Below are positions 44,988-57,154 of a DNA stretch of 64,000 nucleotides, piece after piece (within the stretch, counting starts at the first letter, position 1; each line of letters begins with the position of its first letter). Position numbers and translations under genes: made by a program. Under the pieces are notes generated by a model, which saw nothing but the letters and a program-made list of their open reading frames with translations, ran no database searches and was not told the origin of the DNA. Location of the stretch: assembly GCF_055900595.2 (NCBI RefSeq), contig NZ_CM148325.1; one strand, given 5' to 3'.

Positions 44988-45799
44988 TGTCCGACCAGCA
45001 ACAACCGCCAGTTTACAAAATTGCGCTGGGCATTGAGTACGACGGCAGTAAGTATTACGGCTGGCAACGGCAGAACGAAGTACGCAGTGTGCAGGAGAAA
45101 CTGGAAAAGGCACTCTCTCAGGTGGCGAACGAACCGATCACCGTCTTTTGTGCCGGGCGTACCGACGCAGGCGTACACGGTACAGGGCAGGTTGTGCATT
45201 TCGAAACTACCGCGCAGCGTAAAGACGCTGCGTGGACGTTGGGCGTAAATGCGAATTTACCTGGTGACATCGCCGTGCGTTGGGTTAAAGCTGTACCTGA
45301 TGATTTTCATGCCCGATTTAGCGCCACGGCTCGCCGTTATCGCTACATCATCTACAATCATCGGCTGCGTCCGGCAGTGCTGAGTAAAGGGGTAACCCAT
45401 TTTTACGAACCGCTGGACGCTGAACGGATGCATCGGGCCGCGCAATGCCTGCTGGGCGAGAATGATTTCACCTCGTTCCGTGCGGTGCAGTGCCAGTCCC
45501 GAACCCCGTGGCGCAATGTTATGCATATTAACGTCACGCGTCACGGTCCTTATGTGGTGGTAGATATCAAAGCAAATGCCTTTGTACATCATATGGTGAG
45601 GAATATTGTCGGCAGCCTGATGGAAGTCGGTGCCAACAACCAGCCGGAGAGCTGGATAGCAGAACTGCTGGCAGCAAAGGACAGAACGCTGGCGGCAGCA
45701 ACGGCAAAAGCGGAAGGGCTGTATCTGGTTGCGGTGGATTACCCTGACCGGTTTGATCTTCCAAAACCGCCAATGGGCCCGCTATTTCTGGCGGACTAA
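44987..45799 (+). CDS. truA: tRNA pseudouridine(38-40) synthase TruA
   Basis: 270 aa; start overlaps the usg stop. Confidence 0.93.
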
Positions 45800-45881
45800 C
45801 GAGAATAAAGCTCGGAAAATTTCAGGCTGTAGCCAACGTAGTTACGGCCTGAGAGATAACGAGTACAAGGCATAGGCAAAT

Positions 45882-46541
45882 ATGGACCTGATTTATTTCC
45901 TCATCGATTTTATCCTGCACATTGACGTGCATCTGGCAGAACTGGTCGCAGAGTACGGCGTCTGGGTTTATGCCATCCTGTTTTTGATTTTGTTCTGTGA
46001 AACCGGTCTGGTGGTAACGCCGTTCTTACCGGGAGATTCGCTGCTGTTTGTTGCAGGGGCACTGGCCTCGCTTGAAACCAACGATCTCAATGTTCATATG
46101 ATGGTGGTACTGATGTTAATTGCCGCGATTGTTGGTGATGCGGTCAACTACACCATAGGACGGTTGTTCGGTGAGAAATTATTCAGTAATCCGAACTCGA
46201 AAATTTTTCGTCGTAGCTATCTCGACAAAACTCATCAGTTTTATGAAAAACACGGCGGCAAAACCATTATTCTCGCCCGTTTTGTGCCAATCGTCAGAAC
46301 GTTTGCCCCCTTTGTCGCAGGGATGGGCCACATGTCGTACCGTCATTTCGCTGCCTATAACGTGATCGGCGCACTGTTGTGGGTACTGCTTTTTACCTAC
46401 GCAGGCTATTTCTTCGGTACAATTCCGATGGTTCAGGATAACCTTAAGCTGCTGATCGTCGGGATTATTGTGGTTTCCATTTTGCCGGGCGTTATCGAAA
46501 TTATCCGTCACAAACGCGCTGCGGCACGCGCCGCAAAATAA
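45882..46541 (+). CDS. dedA: DedA family inner membrane protein
   Basis: 219 aa. Confidence 0.9.
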   Translation: MDLIYFLIDFILHIDVHLAELVAEYGVWVYAILFLILFCETGLVVTPFLPGDSLLFVAGALASLETNDLNVHMMVVLMLIAAIVGDAVNYTIGRLFGEKLFSNPNSKIFRRSYLDKTHQFYEKHGGKTIILARFVPIVRTFAPFVAGMGHMSYRHFAAYNVIGALLWVLLFTYAGYFFGTIPMVQDNLKLLIVGIIVVSILPGVIEIIRHKRAAARAAK

Positions 46542-46696
46542 AAAGTAACTCCGCGGTTCGACCACTTTTTTATCCAAAGTTTCGGGCTGTTATGTTTTAA
46601 TGTGCAACATTCATGGTCTGTTGGGGGCAAAAATGGCATTATGCGTCCCCAAAGATAAAACTGGCATCGAACCAGGTTCAGACAGAAAGGTCCCTA

Positions 46697-47611
46697 ATGA
46701 GCTGGATTGAACGAATTAAAAGCAACATTACTCCCACCCGCAAGGCGAGCATTCCTGAAGGTGTGTGGACTAAGTGTGATAGCTGCGGTCAGGTATTATA
46801 CCGCGCTGAGCTGGAACGTAATCTTGAGGTCTGTCCGAAGTGTGACCATCACATGCGTATGACAGCGCGTAATCGCCTGCATAGCCTGTTAGATGAAGGA
46901 AGCCTTGTGGAGCTGGGTAGCGAGCTTGAGCCGAAAGATGTGCTGAAGTTTCGTGACTCCAAGAAGTATAAAGACCGTCTGGCATCTGCGCAGAAAGAAA
47001 CCGGCGAAAAAGATGCGCTGGTGGTGATGAAAGGCACCCTGTATGGAATGCCGGTTGTCGCTGCGGCATTCGAGTTCGCCTTTATGGGCGGTTCCATGGG
47101 GTCTGTGGTAGGTGCACGTTTCGTACGTGCCGTTGAGCAGGCGCTGGAAGATAACTGCCCGCTGATCTGCTTCTCCGCCTCTGGTGGCGCACGTATGCAG
47201 GAAGCACTGATGTCGCTGATGCAGATGGCGAAAACCTCTGCGGCACTGGCAAAAATGCAGGAGCGCGGCTTGCCGTACATCTCCGTGCTGACCGACCCGA
47301 CCATGGGCGGTGTTTCTGCAAGTTTCGCCATGCTGGGCGATCTCAATATTGCTGAACCGAAAGCGTTAATCGGCTTTGCCGGTCCGCGTGTTATCGAACA
47401 GACCGTTCGCGAAAAACTGCCGCCAGGATTCCAGCGCAGTGAATTCCTGATCGAGAAAGGTGCGATTGACATGATCGTCCGTCGTCCGGAAATGCGCCTG
47501 AAACTGGCGAGTATTCTGGCGAAGTTGATGAATTTGCCAGCGCCGAATCCTGAAGCGCCGCGTGAAGGCGTAGTGGTGCCACCGGTACCGGATCAGGAAC
47601 CTGAGGCCTGA
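46697..47611 (+). CDS. accD: Acetyl-CoA carboxylase carboxyltransferase beta subunit
   Basis: [35 protein letters not shown]... with Zn-finger CxxC...CxxC; 304 aa; the track ORF is extended upstream. Confidence 0.93.
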
Positions 47612-47680
47612 TAACTGATAAGGGCAGGGCCACTGGCTCTGCCCTTTTGCTATTCTCACCGTAACGAATCAGCGGATACC

Positions 47681-48949
47681 ATGATTATCAAACGCACTCC
47701 TCAAGCCGCGTCGCCTCTGGCTTCGTGGCTTTCTTATCTGGAAAACCTGCACAGTAAAACTATCGATCTTGGCCTTGAGCGCGTAAGCCAGGTCGCGGCA
47801 CGTCTTGGCGTTCTGAAACCAGCGCCATTTGTGTTTACCGTTGCGGGTACGAATGGCAAAGGCACCACCTGCCGTACGCTGGAGTCGATTCTGATGGCGG
47901 CAGGGTACAGAGTGGGCGTCTACAGTTCGCCGCATCTGGTGCGTTATACCGAGCGCGTACGTGTGCAGGGCCAGGAATTGCCGGAATCGGCCCACACAGC
48001 CTCTTTTGCGGAGATTGAATCGGCACGCGGTGATATTTCCCTGACCTATTTCGAGTACGGTACGCTGTCGGCGTTGTGGCTGTTCAAACAGGCACAACTT
48101 GACGTGGTGATTCTGGAAGTAGGGCTGGGCGGACGTCTGGATGCAACCAATATTGTCGATGCTGATGTTGCGGTGGTGACCAGCATTGCGCTGGATCATA
48201 CCGACTGGTTGGGGCCAGATCGCGAAAGCATTGGTCGTGAGAAAGCAGGGATTTTCCGCAATGAAAAACCGGCAATTGTCGGAGAGCCGGAAATGCCTTC
48301 TACCATTGCTGATGTGGCGCAGGAAAAAGGTGCACTGTTACAACGTCGGGGCGTTGAGTGGAACTATTCCGTCAGCGATCATGACTGGACGTTTAGCGAT
48401 GCTCACGGCACGCTGGAAAATCTGCCGTTGCCGCTTGTCCCGCAACCGAATGCCGCAACGGCGCTGGCGGCACTGCGTGCCAGCGGGCTGGAGGTCAGTG
48501 AAAATGCCATTCGCGACGGGATTGCCAGCGCAATTTTGCCGGGACGTTTCCAGATTGTGAGCGAGTCGCCACGCGTTATTTTTGATGTCGCGCATAATCC
48601 ACATGCGGCGGAATATCTCACCGGGCGTATGAAAGCGCTACCGAAAAACGGGCGCGTGCTGGCGGTTATCGGTATGCTACATGATAAAGATATTGCCGGA
48701 ACTCTGGCCTGGTTGAAAAGCGTGGTTGATGACTGGTATTGTGCGCCACTGGAAGGGCCGCGCGGTGCCACGGCAGAACAACTGCTTGAGCATTTGGGTA
48801 ACGGCAAATCATTTGATAGCGTGGCGCAGGCATGGGATGCCGCAATGGCGGACGCTAAAGCGGAAGATACCGTGCTGGTGTGTGGTTCGTTCCACACGGT
48901 CGCACATGTCATGGAAGTGATTGACGCGAGGAGAAGCGGTGGCAAGTAA
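47681..48949 (+). CDS. folC: Dihydrofolate synthase / folylpolyglutamate synthase
   Basis: 422 aa; P-loop GTNGKGTT. Confidence 0.93.
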   Translation: MIIKRTPQAASPLASWLSYLENLHSKTIDLGLERVSQVAARLGVLKPAPFVFTVAGTNGKGTTCRTLESILMAAGYRVGVYSSPHLVRYTERVRVQGQELPESAHTASFAEIESARGDISLTYFEYGTLSALWLFKQAQLDVVILEVGLGGRLDATNIVDADVAVVTSIALDHTDWLGPDRESIGREKAGIFRNEKPAIVGEPEMPSTIADVAQEKGALLQRRGVEWNYSVSDHDWTFSDAHGTLENLPLPLVPQPNAATALAALRASGLEVSENAIRDGIASAILPGRFQIVSESPRVIFDVAHNPHAAEYLTGRMKALPKNGRVLAVIGMLHDKDIAGTLAWLKSVVDDWYCAPLEGPRGATAEQLLEHLGNGKSFDSVAQAWDAAMADAKAEDTVLVCGSFHTVAHVMEVIDARRSGGK

Positions 48950-49601
48950 GTTTCAGAATCGGTTAGTGGGTACGATCGTGCTGGTGGCGCTGGGGGTGAT
49001 TGTACTTCCAGGGTTGCTGGACGGGCAGAAAAAACATTATCAGGATGAGTTCGCGGCTATCCCGCTGGTGCCAAAAGCGGGCGATCGCGATGAGCCTGAT
49101 ATGATGCCAGCCGCCACCCAGGCGCTGCCGACGCAGCCGCCGGAAGGCGCAGCGGAAGAGGTGCGGGCAGGTGATGCCGCCGCGCCGTCGCTCGATCCGG
49201 CCACTATTGCAGCCAATAACACCGAGTTTGAACCGGAACCTGCACCGGTCGCTCCACCGAAGCCGAAACCGGTGGAACCGCCTAAACCGAAGGTTGAAGC
49301 AGCACCTGCGCCGAAGCCAGAACCGAAGCCGGTCGTGGAAGAAAAAGCCGCCCCGACGGGTAAAGCGTATGTCGTCCAGCTGGGCGCGCTGAAAAATGCC
49401 GATAAAGTGAATGAGATTGTCGGTAAGCTGCGCGGTGCCGGTTATCGGGTTTATACGTCGCCATCCACGCCGGTGCAGGGTAAAATTACCCGTATTCTGG
49501 TTGGGCCAGATGCCTCGAAAGATAAGCTGAAAGGTTCGCTGGGTGAACTCAAGCAGCTTTCTGGCTTAAGTGGCGTGGTGATGGGCTATACACCGAATTA
49601 A
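48939..49601 (+). CDS. dedD: Cell division protein DedD (SPOR domain)
   Basis: Likely GTG start (V)ASKFQNRLVGTIVLVALGV...; 220 aa; Pro-rich linker; overlaps the folC 3' end. Confidence 0.88.
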   Translation: MASKFQNRLVGTIVLVALGVIVLPGLLDGQKKHYQDEFAAIPLVPKAGDRDEPDMMPAATQALPTQPPEGAAEEVRAGDAAAPSLDPATIAANNTEFEPEPAPVAPPKPKPVEPPKPKVEAAPAPKPEPKPVVEEKAAPTGKAYVVQLGALKNADKVNEIVGKLRGAGYRVYTSPSTPVQGKITRILVGPDASKDKLKGSLGELKQLSGLSGVVMGYTPN

Positions 49602-49611
49602 TACGGTTTTG

Positions 49612-49772
<161 letters not shown>

Positions 49773-49863
49773 TGATTGCCCGATGCCGCAAAGGCATGAA
49801 AAGTCGATGGCGTTGAATATATTTTCAGCGCCATTTTTATTGATGCGCGGGAAGGAAATCCCT

Positions 49864-49879
49864 ACGCAAACGTTTTCTT
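49864..49879. promoter_or_regulatory. PurR operator (pur box) of the cvpA-purF operon
   Basis: ACGCAAACGTTTTCTT matches the PurR box consensus; 57 bp upstream of cvpA. Confidence 0.7.
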
Positions 49880-49935
49880 TTTCTGTTAGAATGCGCCCCG
49901 AACAGGATGACAGGGCGTAAAATCGTGGGACACAT

Positions 49936-50424
49936 ATGGTCTGGATTGATTACGCCATAATCGCGGTGATTGCTTTTTCCTCTCTGGTTAGCCTGATCCG
50001 CGGCTTTGTTCGTGAAACGTTATCGCTGGTGACATGGGGTTGTGCTTTCTTTGTCGCCAGTCATTACTACACTTACCTGTCAGTCTGGTTTACGGGCTTT
50101 GAAGACGAACTGGTTCGAAATGGGATTGCCATCGCGGTACTGTTTATCGCGACACTGATCGTTGGCGCTATCGTGAACTTCGTGATAGGTCAGTTGGTTG
50201 AGAAAACCCACCTGACGGGCACCGACCGGGTGCTGGGCGTCTGTTTCGGTGCGTTGCGCGGTGTGTTGATTGTTGCTGCCATTCTCTTCTTTCTCGACTC
50301 CTTTACCGGGGTGTCGAAAAGCGAAGACTGGAGCAAATCACAGCTGATCCCGCAGTTCAGTTTTATCATCAGATGGTTTTTTGATTATCTGCAAAGCTCG
50401 TCAAGTTTCTTGCCCAGAGCGTAA
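49936..50424 (+). CDS. cvpA: Colicin V production protein CvpA
   Basis: 162 aa membrane protein. Confidence 0.92.
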   Translation: MVWIDYAIIAVIAFSSLVSLIRGFVRETLSLVTWGCAFFVASHYYTYLSVWFTGFEDELVRNGIAIAVLFIATLIVGAIVNFVIGQLVEKTHLTGTDRVLGVCFGALRGVLIVAAILFFLDSFTGVSKSEDWSKSQLIPQFSFIIRWFFDYLQSSSSFLPRA

Positions 50425-50460
50425 GTGCTCTGAGATGTGGCTTAACGAGGAAAAAGACGT

Positions 50461-51978
50461 ATGTGCGGTATTGTCGGTATCGCCGGTGTTATGCCGGTTA
50501 ACCAGTCGATTTATGATGCCTTAACGGTGCTTCAGCATCGCGGTCAGGATGCCGCCGGCATCATCACCATTGATGCCAATAACTGCTTCCGTTTGCGTAA
50601 AGCGAACGGGCTGGTGAGCGATGTCTTCGAAGCTCGCCATATGCAGCGTTTGCAGGGCAATATGGGCATTGGTCATGTGCGTTACCCCACGGCTGGTAGC
50701 TCCAGCGCCTCTGAAGCGCAGCCGTTTTACGTTAACTCCCCGTATGGCATCACGCTTGCCCACAACGGCAATCTGACCAACGCTCATGAGTTGCGTAAAA
50801 AACTGTTTGAAGAAAAACGCCGCCACATCAACACCACTTCCGACTCGGAAATTCTGCTTAATATCTTCGCCAGCGAGCTGGACAACTTCCGCCACTACCC
50901 GCTGGAAGCCGACAACATCTTCGCCGCCATCGCCGCTACAAACCGCTTAATCCGCGGCGCGTATGCCTGTGTGGCGATGATTATCGGCCACGGTATGGTG
51001 GCTTTCCGCGATCCTAACGGTATTCGTCCGCTGGTACTGGGGAAACGTGATATCGACGACAATCGCACAGAATATATGGTCGCTTCCGAAAGCGTTGCGC
51101 TCGATACCCTGGGCTTTGAGTTCCTGCGTGATGTCGCCCCAGGCGAGGCGATTTACATCACTGAAGAAGGGCAGCTGTTTACCCGTCAGTGCGCTGACAA
51201 CCCGGTCAGCAATCCGTGCCTGTTCGAGTATGTTTACTTTGCCCGTCCGGACTCGTTCATCGACAAAATTTCCGTTTACAGCGCACGTGTGAATATGGGC
51301 ACCAAGCTGGGCGAGAAAATTGCTCGTGAATGGGAAGATCTGGATATCGACGTGGTGATCCCCATTCCGGAAACCTCGTGTGATATCGCGCTGGAAATCG
51401 CCCGTATTCTGGGTAAACCGTATCGTCAGGGCTTTGTGAAAAACCGCTACGTTGGTCGCACGTTTATCATGCCGGGTCAGCAGCTGCGTCGTAAGTCCGT
51501 GCGCCGTAAACTGAACGCCAACCGCGCTGAATTCCGTGATAAAAACGTCCTGCTGGTCGATGACTCCATCGTCCGTGGCACCACTTCTGAGCAGATTATC
51601 GAGATGGCACGCGAAGCCGGAGCGAAGAAAGTGTATCTCGCCTCAGCGGCACCGGAAATTCGCTTCCCGAACGTTTACGGTATCGATATGCCGAGCGCCA
51701 CGGAACTGATCGCTCACGGTCGCGAAGTAGATGAAATTCGCCAGATCATCGGTGCTGACGGGTTGATTTTCCAGGACCTCAACGATTTGATCGAAGCCGT
51801 TCGCGCTGAAAACCCGGATATCCAGCAGTTTGAATGCTCGGTGTTCAACGGCGTCTACGTCACCAAAGATGTTGATCAGGGCTACCTCGATTTTCTCGAT
51901 ACTTTACGTAATGACGACGCCAAAGCAGTGCAACGTCAGAACGAAGTGGAAAATCTCGAAATGCATAACGAAGGATGA
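50461..51978 (+). CDS. purF: Amidophosphoribosyltransferase
   Basis: 505 aa [21 protein letters not shown]... Confidence 0.95.
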   Translation: MCGIVGIAGVMPVNQSIYDALTVLQHRGQDAAGIITIDANNCFRLRKANGLVSDVFEARHMQRLQGNMGIGHVRYPTAGSSSASEAQPFYVNSPYGITLAHNGNLTNAHELRKKLFEEKRRHINTTSDSEILLNIFASELDNFRHYPLEADNIFAAIAATNRLIRGAYACVAMIIGHGMVAFRDPNGIRPLVLGKRDIDDNRTEYMVASESVALDTLGFEFLRDVAPGEAIYITEEGQLFTRQCADNPVSNPCLFEYVYFARPDSFIDKISVYSARVNMGTKLGEKIAREWEDLDIDVVIPIPETSCDIALEIARILGKPYRQGFVKNRYVGRTFIMPGQQLRRKSVRRKLNANRAEFRDKNVLLVDDSIVRGTTSEQIIEMAREAGAKKVYLASAAPEIRFPNVYGIDMPSATELIAHGREVDEIRQIIGADGLIFQDLNDLIEAVRAENPDIQQFECSVFNGVYVTKDVDQGYLDFLDTLRNDDAKAVQRQNEVENLEMHNEG

Positions 51979-52072
51979 TGCCTTCGCTCAGGGTGCCGGT
52001 CTGGCACCCTGACTTGCAACTCCCGCCGAAATCCTGCAAAGTCTGCCTGCAAGTCTGACAGGGCAACTATTT

Positions 52073-52642
52073 ATGAAACGACTCATTGTAGGCATCAGCG
52101 GTGCCAGCGGCGCGATTTATGGCGTGCGTTTATTACAGGTTCTGCGTGATGTCGCAGATGTTGAAACGCATCTGGTAATGAGCCAGGCGGCGCGCCAGAC
52201 CTTATCCCTTGAAACGGATTTCTCCCTGCGTGATGTGCAGGCATTAGCCGATGTCACGCACGATGCGCGCGATATTGCCGCCAGCATCTCTTCTGGTTCT
52301 TTCCAGACGTTGGGGATGGTGATTTTACCCTGTTCAATCAAAACCCTGTCCGGCATTGTGCATAGCTATACGGATGGCTTACTGACCCGTGCGGCAGATG
52401 TGGTGCTGAAAGAGCGTCGCCCGCTGGTGCTCTGCGTGCGTGAAACACCGCTGCACTTAGGCCACCTGCGTTTAATGACTCAGGCGGCGGAAATCGGTGC
52501 GGTAATTATGCCTCCCGTTCCGGCATTTTATCATCGCCCGCAATCCCTTGATGATGTTATAAATCAGACGGTTAACCGTGTTCTTGACCAGTTTGCGATA
52601 AATCTACCCGAAGATCTCTTTGCCCGCTGGCAGGGCGCATAA
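52073..52642 (+). CDS. ubiX: Flavin prenyltransferase UbiX
   Basis: 189 aa MKRLIVGISGASGAIYG... Confidence 0.93.
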   Translation: MKRLIVGISGASGAIYGVRLLQVLRDVADVETHLVMSQAARQTLSLETDFSLRDVQALADVTHDARDIAASISSGSFQTLGMVILPCSIKTLSGIVHSYTDGLLTRAADVVLKERRPLVLCVRETPLHLGHLRLMTQAAEIGAVIMPPVPAFYHRPQSLDDVINQTVNRVLDQFAINLPEDLFARWQGA

Positions 52643-52823
52643 CTCCACTGTTGCCCTGTTTCAGGGCAATTTTGCAACCGCGATCAAATCCTCAACATTT
52701 TGTTTCTGCCATTCAATCGAAACGCTGCGATTCAACCGCTATACCTGCTATCTTCAACTTCAGGACAATAATGCAACGTCTTGTTAACATATTTAACGTT
52801 GAATGTTACTGTTGTCGTCAAGA

Positions 52824-52840
52824 TGGCATAAGACCTGCAT
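52824..52840 (+). promoter_or_regulatory. Sigma-54 type promoter upstream of argT
   Basis: TGGCAT-N-CTGCAT with the GG and GC elements at -24/-12 spacing; argT is known to be nitrogen-regulated. Confidence 0.5.
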
Positions 52841-52906
52841 GAACGAGCCTGCAAACACACAACACAATACACAACATAAAAAAGCCATTTCACTTGAGGG
52901 TTATGT

Positions 52907-53689
52907 ATGAAGAAGTCGATTCTCGCTCTGTCTTTGTTAGTCGGGATTTCCGCAGCAGCTTCCAGCTACGCGGCGCTGCCGGAGACGGTACGTATCGGAA
53001 CGGATACCACCTATGCACCGTTCTCATCGAAAGATGCCAAAGGTGACTTTGTTGGCTTTGATATCGATCTCGGTAACGAGATGTGCAAACGGATGCAGGT
53101 GAAATGTACCTGGGTTGCCAGTGACTTTGACGCGCTGATCCCCTCACTGAAAGCGAAAAAGATCGACGCCATTATTTCGTCGCTTTCCATTACCGATAAA
53201 CGTCAGCAGGAGATTGCCTTCTCCGACAAACTGTACGCCGCAGACTCTCGTCTGATTGCTGCCAAAGGTTCACCGATTCAGCCAACGCTGGATTCACTGA
53301 AAGGTAAACATGTGGGTGTGCTGCAGGGATCAACCCAGGAAGCGTATGCCAATGATAACTGGCGCAGTAAGGGTGTCGATGTGGTGGCCTATGCTAACCA
53401 GGATTTGGTCTATTCCGATCTGGCTGCAGGACGCCTGGATGCCGCTCTGCAAGATGAGGTTGCTGCCAGCGAAGGTTTCCTCAAGCAACCTGCCGGTAAA
53501 GATTTCGCTTTTGCAGGCCCTTCAGTGAAAGACAAAAAATACTTCGGTGACGGCACCGGTGTCGGGCTACGTAAAGATGATGCTGAACTGACGGCTGCGT
53601 TTAATAAGGCGCTTGGCGAGCTGCGTCAGGACGGCACCTACGACAAGATGGCGAAAAAGTATTTCGACTTTAATGTCTACGGTGACTGA
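52907..53689 (+). CDS. argT: Lysine/arginine/ornithine-binding periplasmic protein
   Basis: 260 aa with signal peptide. Confidence 0.93.
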   Translation: MKKSILALSLLVGISAAASSYAALPETVRIGTDTTYAPFSSKDAKGDFVGFDIDLGNEMCKRMQVKCTWVASDFDALIPSLKAKKIDAIISSLSITDKRQQEIAFSDKLYAADSRLIAAKGSPIQPTLDSLKGKHVGVLQGSTQEAYANDNWRSKGVDVVAYANQDLVYSDLAAGRLDAALQDEVAASEGFLKQPAGKDFAFAGPSVKDKKYFGDGTGVGLRKDDAELTAAFNKALGELRQDGTYDKMAKKYFDFNVYGD

Positions 53690-53906
53690 TACGTCGCAGG
53701 GAAGCTGTACCTGATGGAATGATCATGGTGCACGCCAGGTTTGTTGCACTATCGTGGTGCATTAAAATGCATACTTAAGCATTTTTAATGAAAAATAATA
53801 CGTCTAACGGGGCGGGATATTTTGCCTTGATGGTCAATTTTATGGCACGATAAGTGTAACAAACCTGTAAATATTCCCTATAAAAAGACTGTCAGTTGAG
53901 GACATT

Positions 53907-54689
53907 ATGAAAAAACTGGTGCTATCGCTCTCTCTGGTTCTGGCCTTCTCCAGCGCAACGGCGGCGTTTGCTGCGATTCCGCAAAACATCCGCATCGGTA
54001 CCGATCCGACCTATGCGCCATTTGAATCAAAAAATTCACAAGGTGAACTGGTTGGCTTCGATATCGATCTGGCGAAGGAATTGTGCAAACGCATCAATAC
54101 GCAATGTACGTTTGTCGAAAACCCGCTGGATGCGTTAATCCCGTCCTTAAAAGCGAAGAAGATTGACGCCATCATGTCATCGCTTTCCATTACGGAAAAA
54201 CGTCAGCAGGAAATTGCCTTCACCGACAAACTGTACGCTGCCGACTCTCGTCTGGTAGTGGCGAAAAATTCCGATATTCAGCCGACAGTCGAGTCGCTGA
54301 AAGGCAAGCGCGTAGGCGTATTGCAGGGCACCACCCAGGAGACGTTCGGTAACGAACACTGGGCACCAAAAGGCATTGAAATCGTCTCTTATCAGGGGCA
54401 GGACAACATTTATTCTGACCTGACTGCCGGACGTATTGATGCCGCATTCCAGGATGAGGTCGCCGCCAGCGAAGGTTTCCTCAAACAACCCGTTGGTAAA
54501 GATTACAAATTCGGTGGCCCGTCTGTTAAAGATGAAAAACTGTTTGGCGTAGGGACCGGCATGGGTCTGCGTAAAGAAGATAACGAATTGCGCGAGGCAC
54601 TGAACAAAGCCTTTGCCGAAATGCGCGCTGACGGTACTTACGAGAAATTAGCGAAAAAGTACTTCGATTTTGATGTTTATGGTGGTTAA
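53907..54689 (+). CDS. hisJ: Histidine-binding periplasmic protein
   Basis: 260 aa, paralogue of ArgT. Confidence 0.93.
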   Translation: MKKLVLSLSLVLAFSSATAAFAAIPQNIRIGTDPTYAPFESKNSQGELVGFDIDLAKELCKRINTQCTFVENPLDALIPSLKAKKIDAIMSSLSITEKRQQEIAFTDKLYAADSRLVVAKNSDIQPTVESLKGKRVGVLQGTTQETFGNEHWAPKGIEIVSYQGQDNIYSDLTAGRIDAAFQDEVAASEGFLKQPVGKDYKFGGPSVKDEKLFGVGTGMGLRKEDNELREALNKAFAEMRADGTYEKLAKKYFDFDVYGG

Positions 54690-54778
54690 TCGCCATCGGT
54701 GAAAGAAAGCCCGCTCCCTTCGGGTAACCGGAGGGAGACAAGAGGCGGTAATTCACCACACACGACAGGACAGGCAGC

Positions 54779-55465
54779 ATGTTGTATGGGTTTTCAGGTG
54801 TTATTTTACAGGGTGCGCTCGTCACGCTGGAGCTGGCTATCAGCTCTGTAGTGCTCGCTGTAATCATCGGTTTAATTGGCGCTGGCGGTAAGCTCTCGCA
54901 AAATCGGCTTTCGGGCCTTATTTTCGAAGGCTACACCACGCTGATTCGTGGCGTGCCGGACTTGGTGTTGATGCTGCTGATTTTCTACGGTTTGCAGATT
55001 GCACTAAACACGGTGACGGAGGCGATGGGCGTCGGGCAGATTGATATCGATCCGATGGTCGCTGGTATTATTACTCTCGGTTTTATCTACGGTGCTTATT
55101 TTACCGAAACGTTCCGTGGCGCGTTTATGGCTGTGCCGAAAGGGCATATAGAGGCGGCGACGGCGTTCGGTTTTACTCGTGGGCAAGTGTTTCGGCGGAT
55201 CATGTTTCCGGCGATGATGCGTTACGCCCTGCCAGGCATTGGCAACAACTGGCAGGTGATTCTCAAATCTACCGCTTTGGTTTCGTTACTCGGCCTGGAA
55301 GATGTGGTCAAAGCCACGCAACTGGCAGGCAAAAGTACCTGGGAACCGTTCTATTTCGCCATCGTCTGTGGCGTGATTTATCTGGTTTTCACCACCGTTT
55401 CCAATGGTGTGCTGCTGTTCCTTGAGCGCCGCTACTCCGTGGGTGTGAAGAGGGCTGACCTGTGA
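54779..55465 (+). CDS. hisQ: Histidine ABC transporter permease HisQ
   Basis: 228 aa. Confidence 0.93.
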   Translation: MLYGFSGVILQGALVTLELAISSVVLAVIIGLIGAGGKLSQNRLSGLIFEGYTTLIRGVPDLVLMLLIFYGLQIALNTVTEAMGVGQIDIDPMVAGIITLGFIYGAYFTETFRGAFMAVPKGHIEAATAFGFTRGQVFRRIMFPAMMRYALPGIGNNWQVILKSTALVSLLGLEDVVKATQLAGKSTWEPFYFAIVCGVIYLVFTTVSNGVLLFLERRYSVGVKRADL

Positions 55466-56178
55466 TCGAAATCTTACATGAATACTGGAAACCGCTGTTG
55501 TGGACCGACGGTTATCGCTTTACCGGTGTGGCGATTACCCTTTGGTTGCTGATTTTGTCGGTTGTGATAGGTGGAGTTCTGGCGCTGTTTCTGGCGATTG
55601 GTCGCGTCTCCAGCAATAAATACATCCAGTTTCCAATCTGGTTATTTACTTATATTTTTCGCGGTACACCGCTGTATGTTCAATTGCTGGTGTTCTATTC
55701 CGGCATGTACACGCTGGAGATTGTTAAGGGTACCGAGTTCCTTAACGCCTTTTTCCGCAGTGGCCTGAATTGTACTGTGCTGGCGCTGACGCTTAACACC
55801 TGTGCTTACACCACCGAGATTTTTGCCGGAGCAATCCGTTCGGTACCGCACGGAGAAATTGAAGCCGCCAGAGCCTATGGCTTTTCGACCTTTAAAATGT
55901 ATCGCTGCATTATTTTGCCTTCAGCGCTGCGTATTGCGTTACCGGCCTACAGTAATGAAGTAATCCTGATGCTGCACTCTACTGCGCTGGCGTTTACGGC
56001 CACGGTGCCGGATCTGCTGAAAATAGCCCGTGATATTAACGCCGCCACGTATCAACCTTTTACCGCTTTCGGTATCGCCGCGGTGCTCTATTTAATCATC
56101 TCTTATGTCCTGATCAGTCTGTTCCGCAAAGCGGAAAAACGCTGGTTGCAGCATGTGAAACCTTCTTCAACGCACTGA
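55462..56178 (+). CDS. hisM: Histidine ABC transporter permease HisM
   Basis: 238 aa; overlaps the hisQ stop. Confidence 0.93.
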   Translation: MIEILHEYWKPLLWTDGYRFTGVAITLWLLILSVVIGGVLALFLAIGRVSSNKYIQFPIWLFTYIFRGTPLYVQLLVFYSGMYTLEIVKGTEFLNAFFRSGLNCTVLALTLNTCAYTTEIFAGAIRSVPHGEIEAARAYGFSTFKMYRCIILPSALRIALPAYSNEVILMLHSTALAFTATVPDLLKIARDINAATYQPFTAFGIAAVLYLIISYVLISLFRKAEKRWLQHVKPSSTH

Positions 56179-56185
56179 GAATACG

Positions 56186-56959
56186 ATGTCCGAGAATAAA
56201 TTAAACGTTATCGATTTGCACAAACGCTACGGCGAACACGAAGTGCTGAAAGGGGTCTCACTGCAAGCGAATGCCGGTGATGTCATAAGTATCATCGGTT
56301 CGTCGGGATCGGGGAAAAGTACCTTTCTGCGCTGCATTAACTTCCTCGAAAAACCGAGCGAAGGATCGATCGTCGTTAACGGCCAGACGATCAATCTGGT
56401 GCGCGATAAAGACGGTCAACTCAAAGTCGCCGATAAAAATCAGCTGCGCTTACTGCGCACACGCCTGACGATGGTATTCCAGCACTTCAATCTCTGGAGC
56501 CATATGACGGTGCTGGAAAACGTCATGGAAGCGCCGATTCAGGTGTTAGGCCTGAGCAAGCAGGAAGCGCGCGAGCGGGCGGTGAAGTATCTGGCGAAAG
56601 TCGGGATAGACGAACGTGCGCAGGGGAAATACCCGGTGCATCTGTCCGGTGGTCAGCAACAGCGTGTTTCCATCGCGCGGGCGCTGGCGATGGAACCGGA
56701 AGTTTTACTGTTTGATGAACCTACCTCGGCGCTCGATCCTGAACTGGTAGGCGAAGTGCTGCGTATTATGCAGCAACTGGCAGAAGAGGGAAAAACCATG
56801 GTGGTGGTGACTCACGAAATGGGCTTTGCTCGCCATGTTTCTACTCACGTCATTTTTCTCCATCAGGGGAAAATAGAGGAAGAGGGCGCGCCAGAACAGT
56901 TATTCGGTAACCCGCAAAGTCCTCGTCTGCAACAGTTCCTTAAAGGTTCGCTGAAATAA
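56186..56959 (+). CDS. hisP: Histidine ABC transporter ATP-binding protein HisP
   Basis: 257 aa; Walker [13 protein letters not shown] signature LSGGQQQR. Confidence 0.95.
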   Translation: MSENKLNVIDLHKRYGEHEVLKGVSLQANAGDVISIIGSSGSGKSTFLRCINFLEKPSEGSIVVNGQTINLVRDKDGQLKVADKNQLRLLRTRLTMVFQHFNLWSHMTVLENVMEAPIQVLGLSKQEARERAVKYLAKVGIDERAQGKYPVHLSGGQQQRVSIARALAMEPEVLLFDEPTSALDPELVGEVLRIMQQLAEEGKTMVVVTHEMGFARHVSTHVIFLHQGKIEEEGAPEQLFGNPQSPRLQQFLKGSLK

Positions 56960-57154
56960 TTCCCTCTCCGGTGGCTAACGCTGCCGGAGTATTTCATGGG
57001 GAATTTGCGAGTCCGCTTCCGCTGAAATGTAAAAGTTGCAGTCCGCTAAAAATACTTCTGAATTCGCTGTCCAAAGATAAAAACTGCCTGCTGCATTGGG
57101 TGTAAATCGTGGTTATTGTCGCGTCATCTTAAATTTGAGGGGTGACGGAACGCC

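Noticed and set aside
53840-53860. Possible sigma-54 promoter upstream of hisJ (TGGCACGATAAGTGTAA)
   Set aside because: It has the -24 GG but lacks GC at the expected -12 position, so it is too weak to call from sequence alone.
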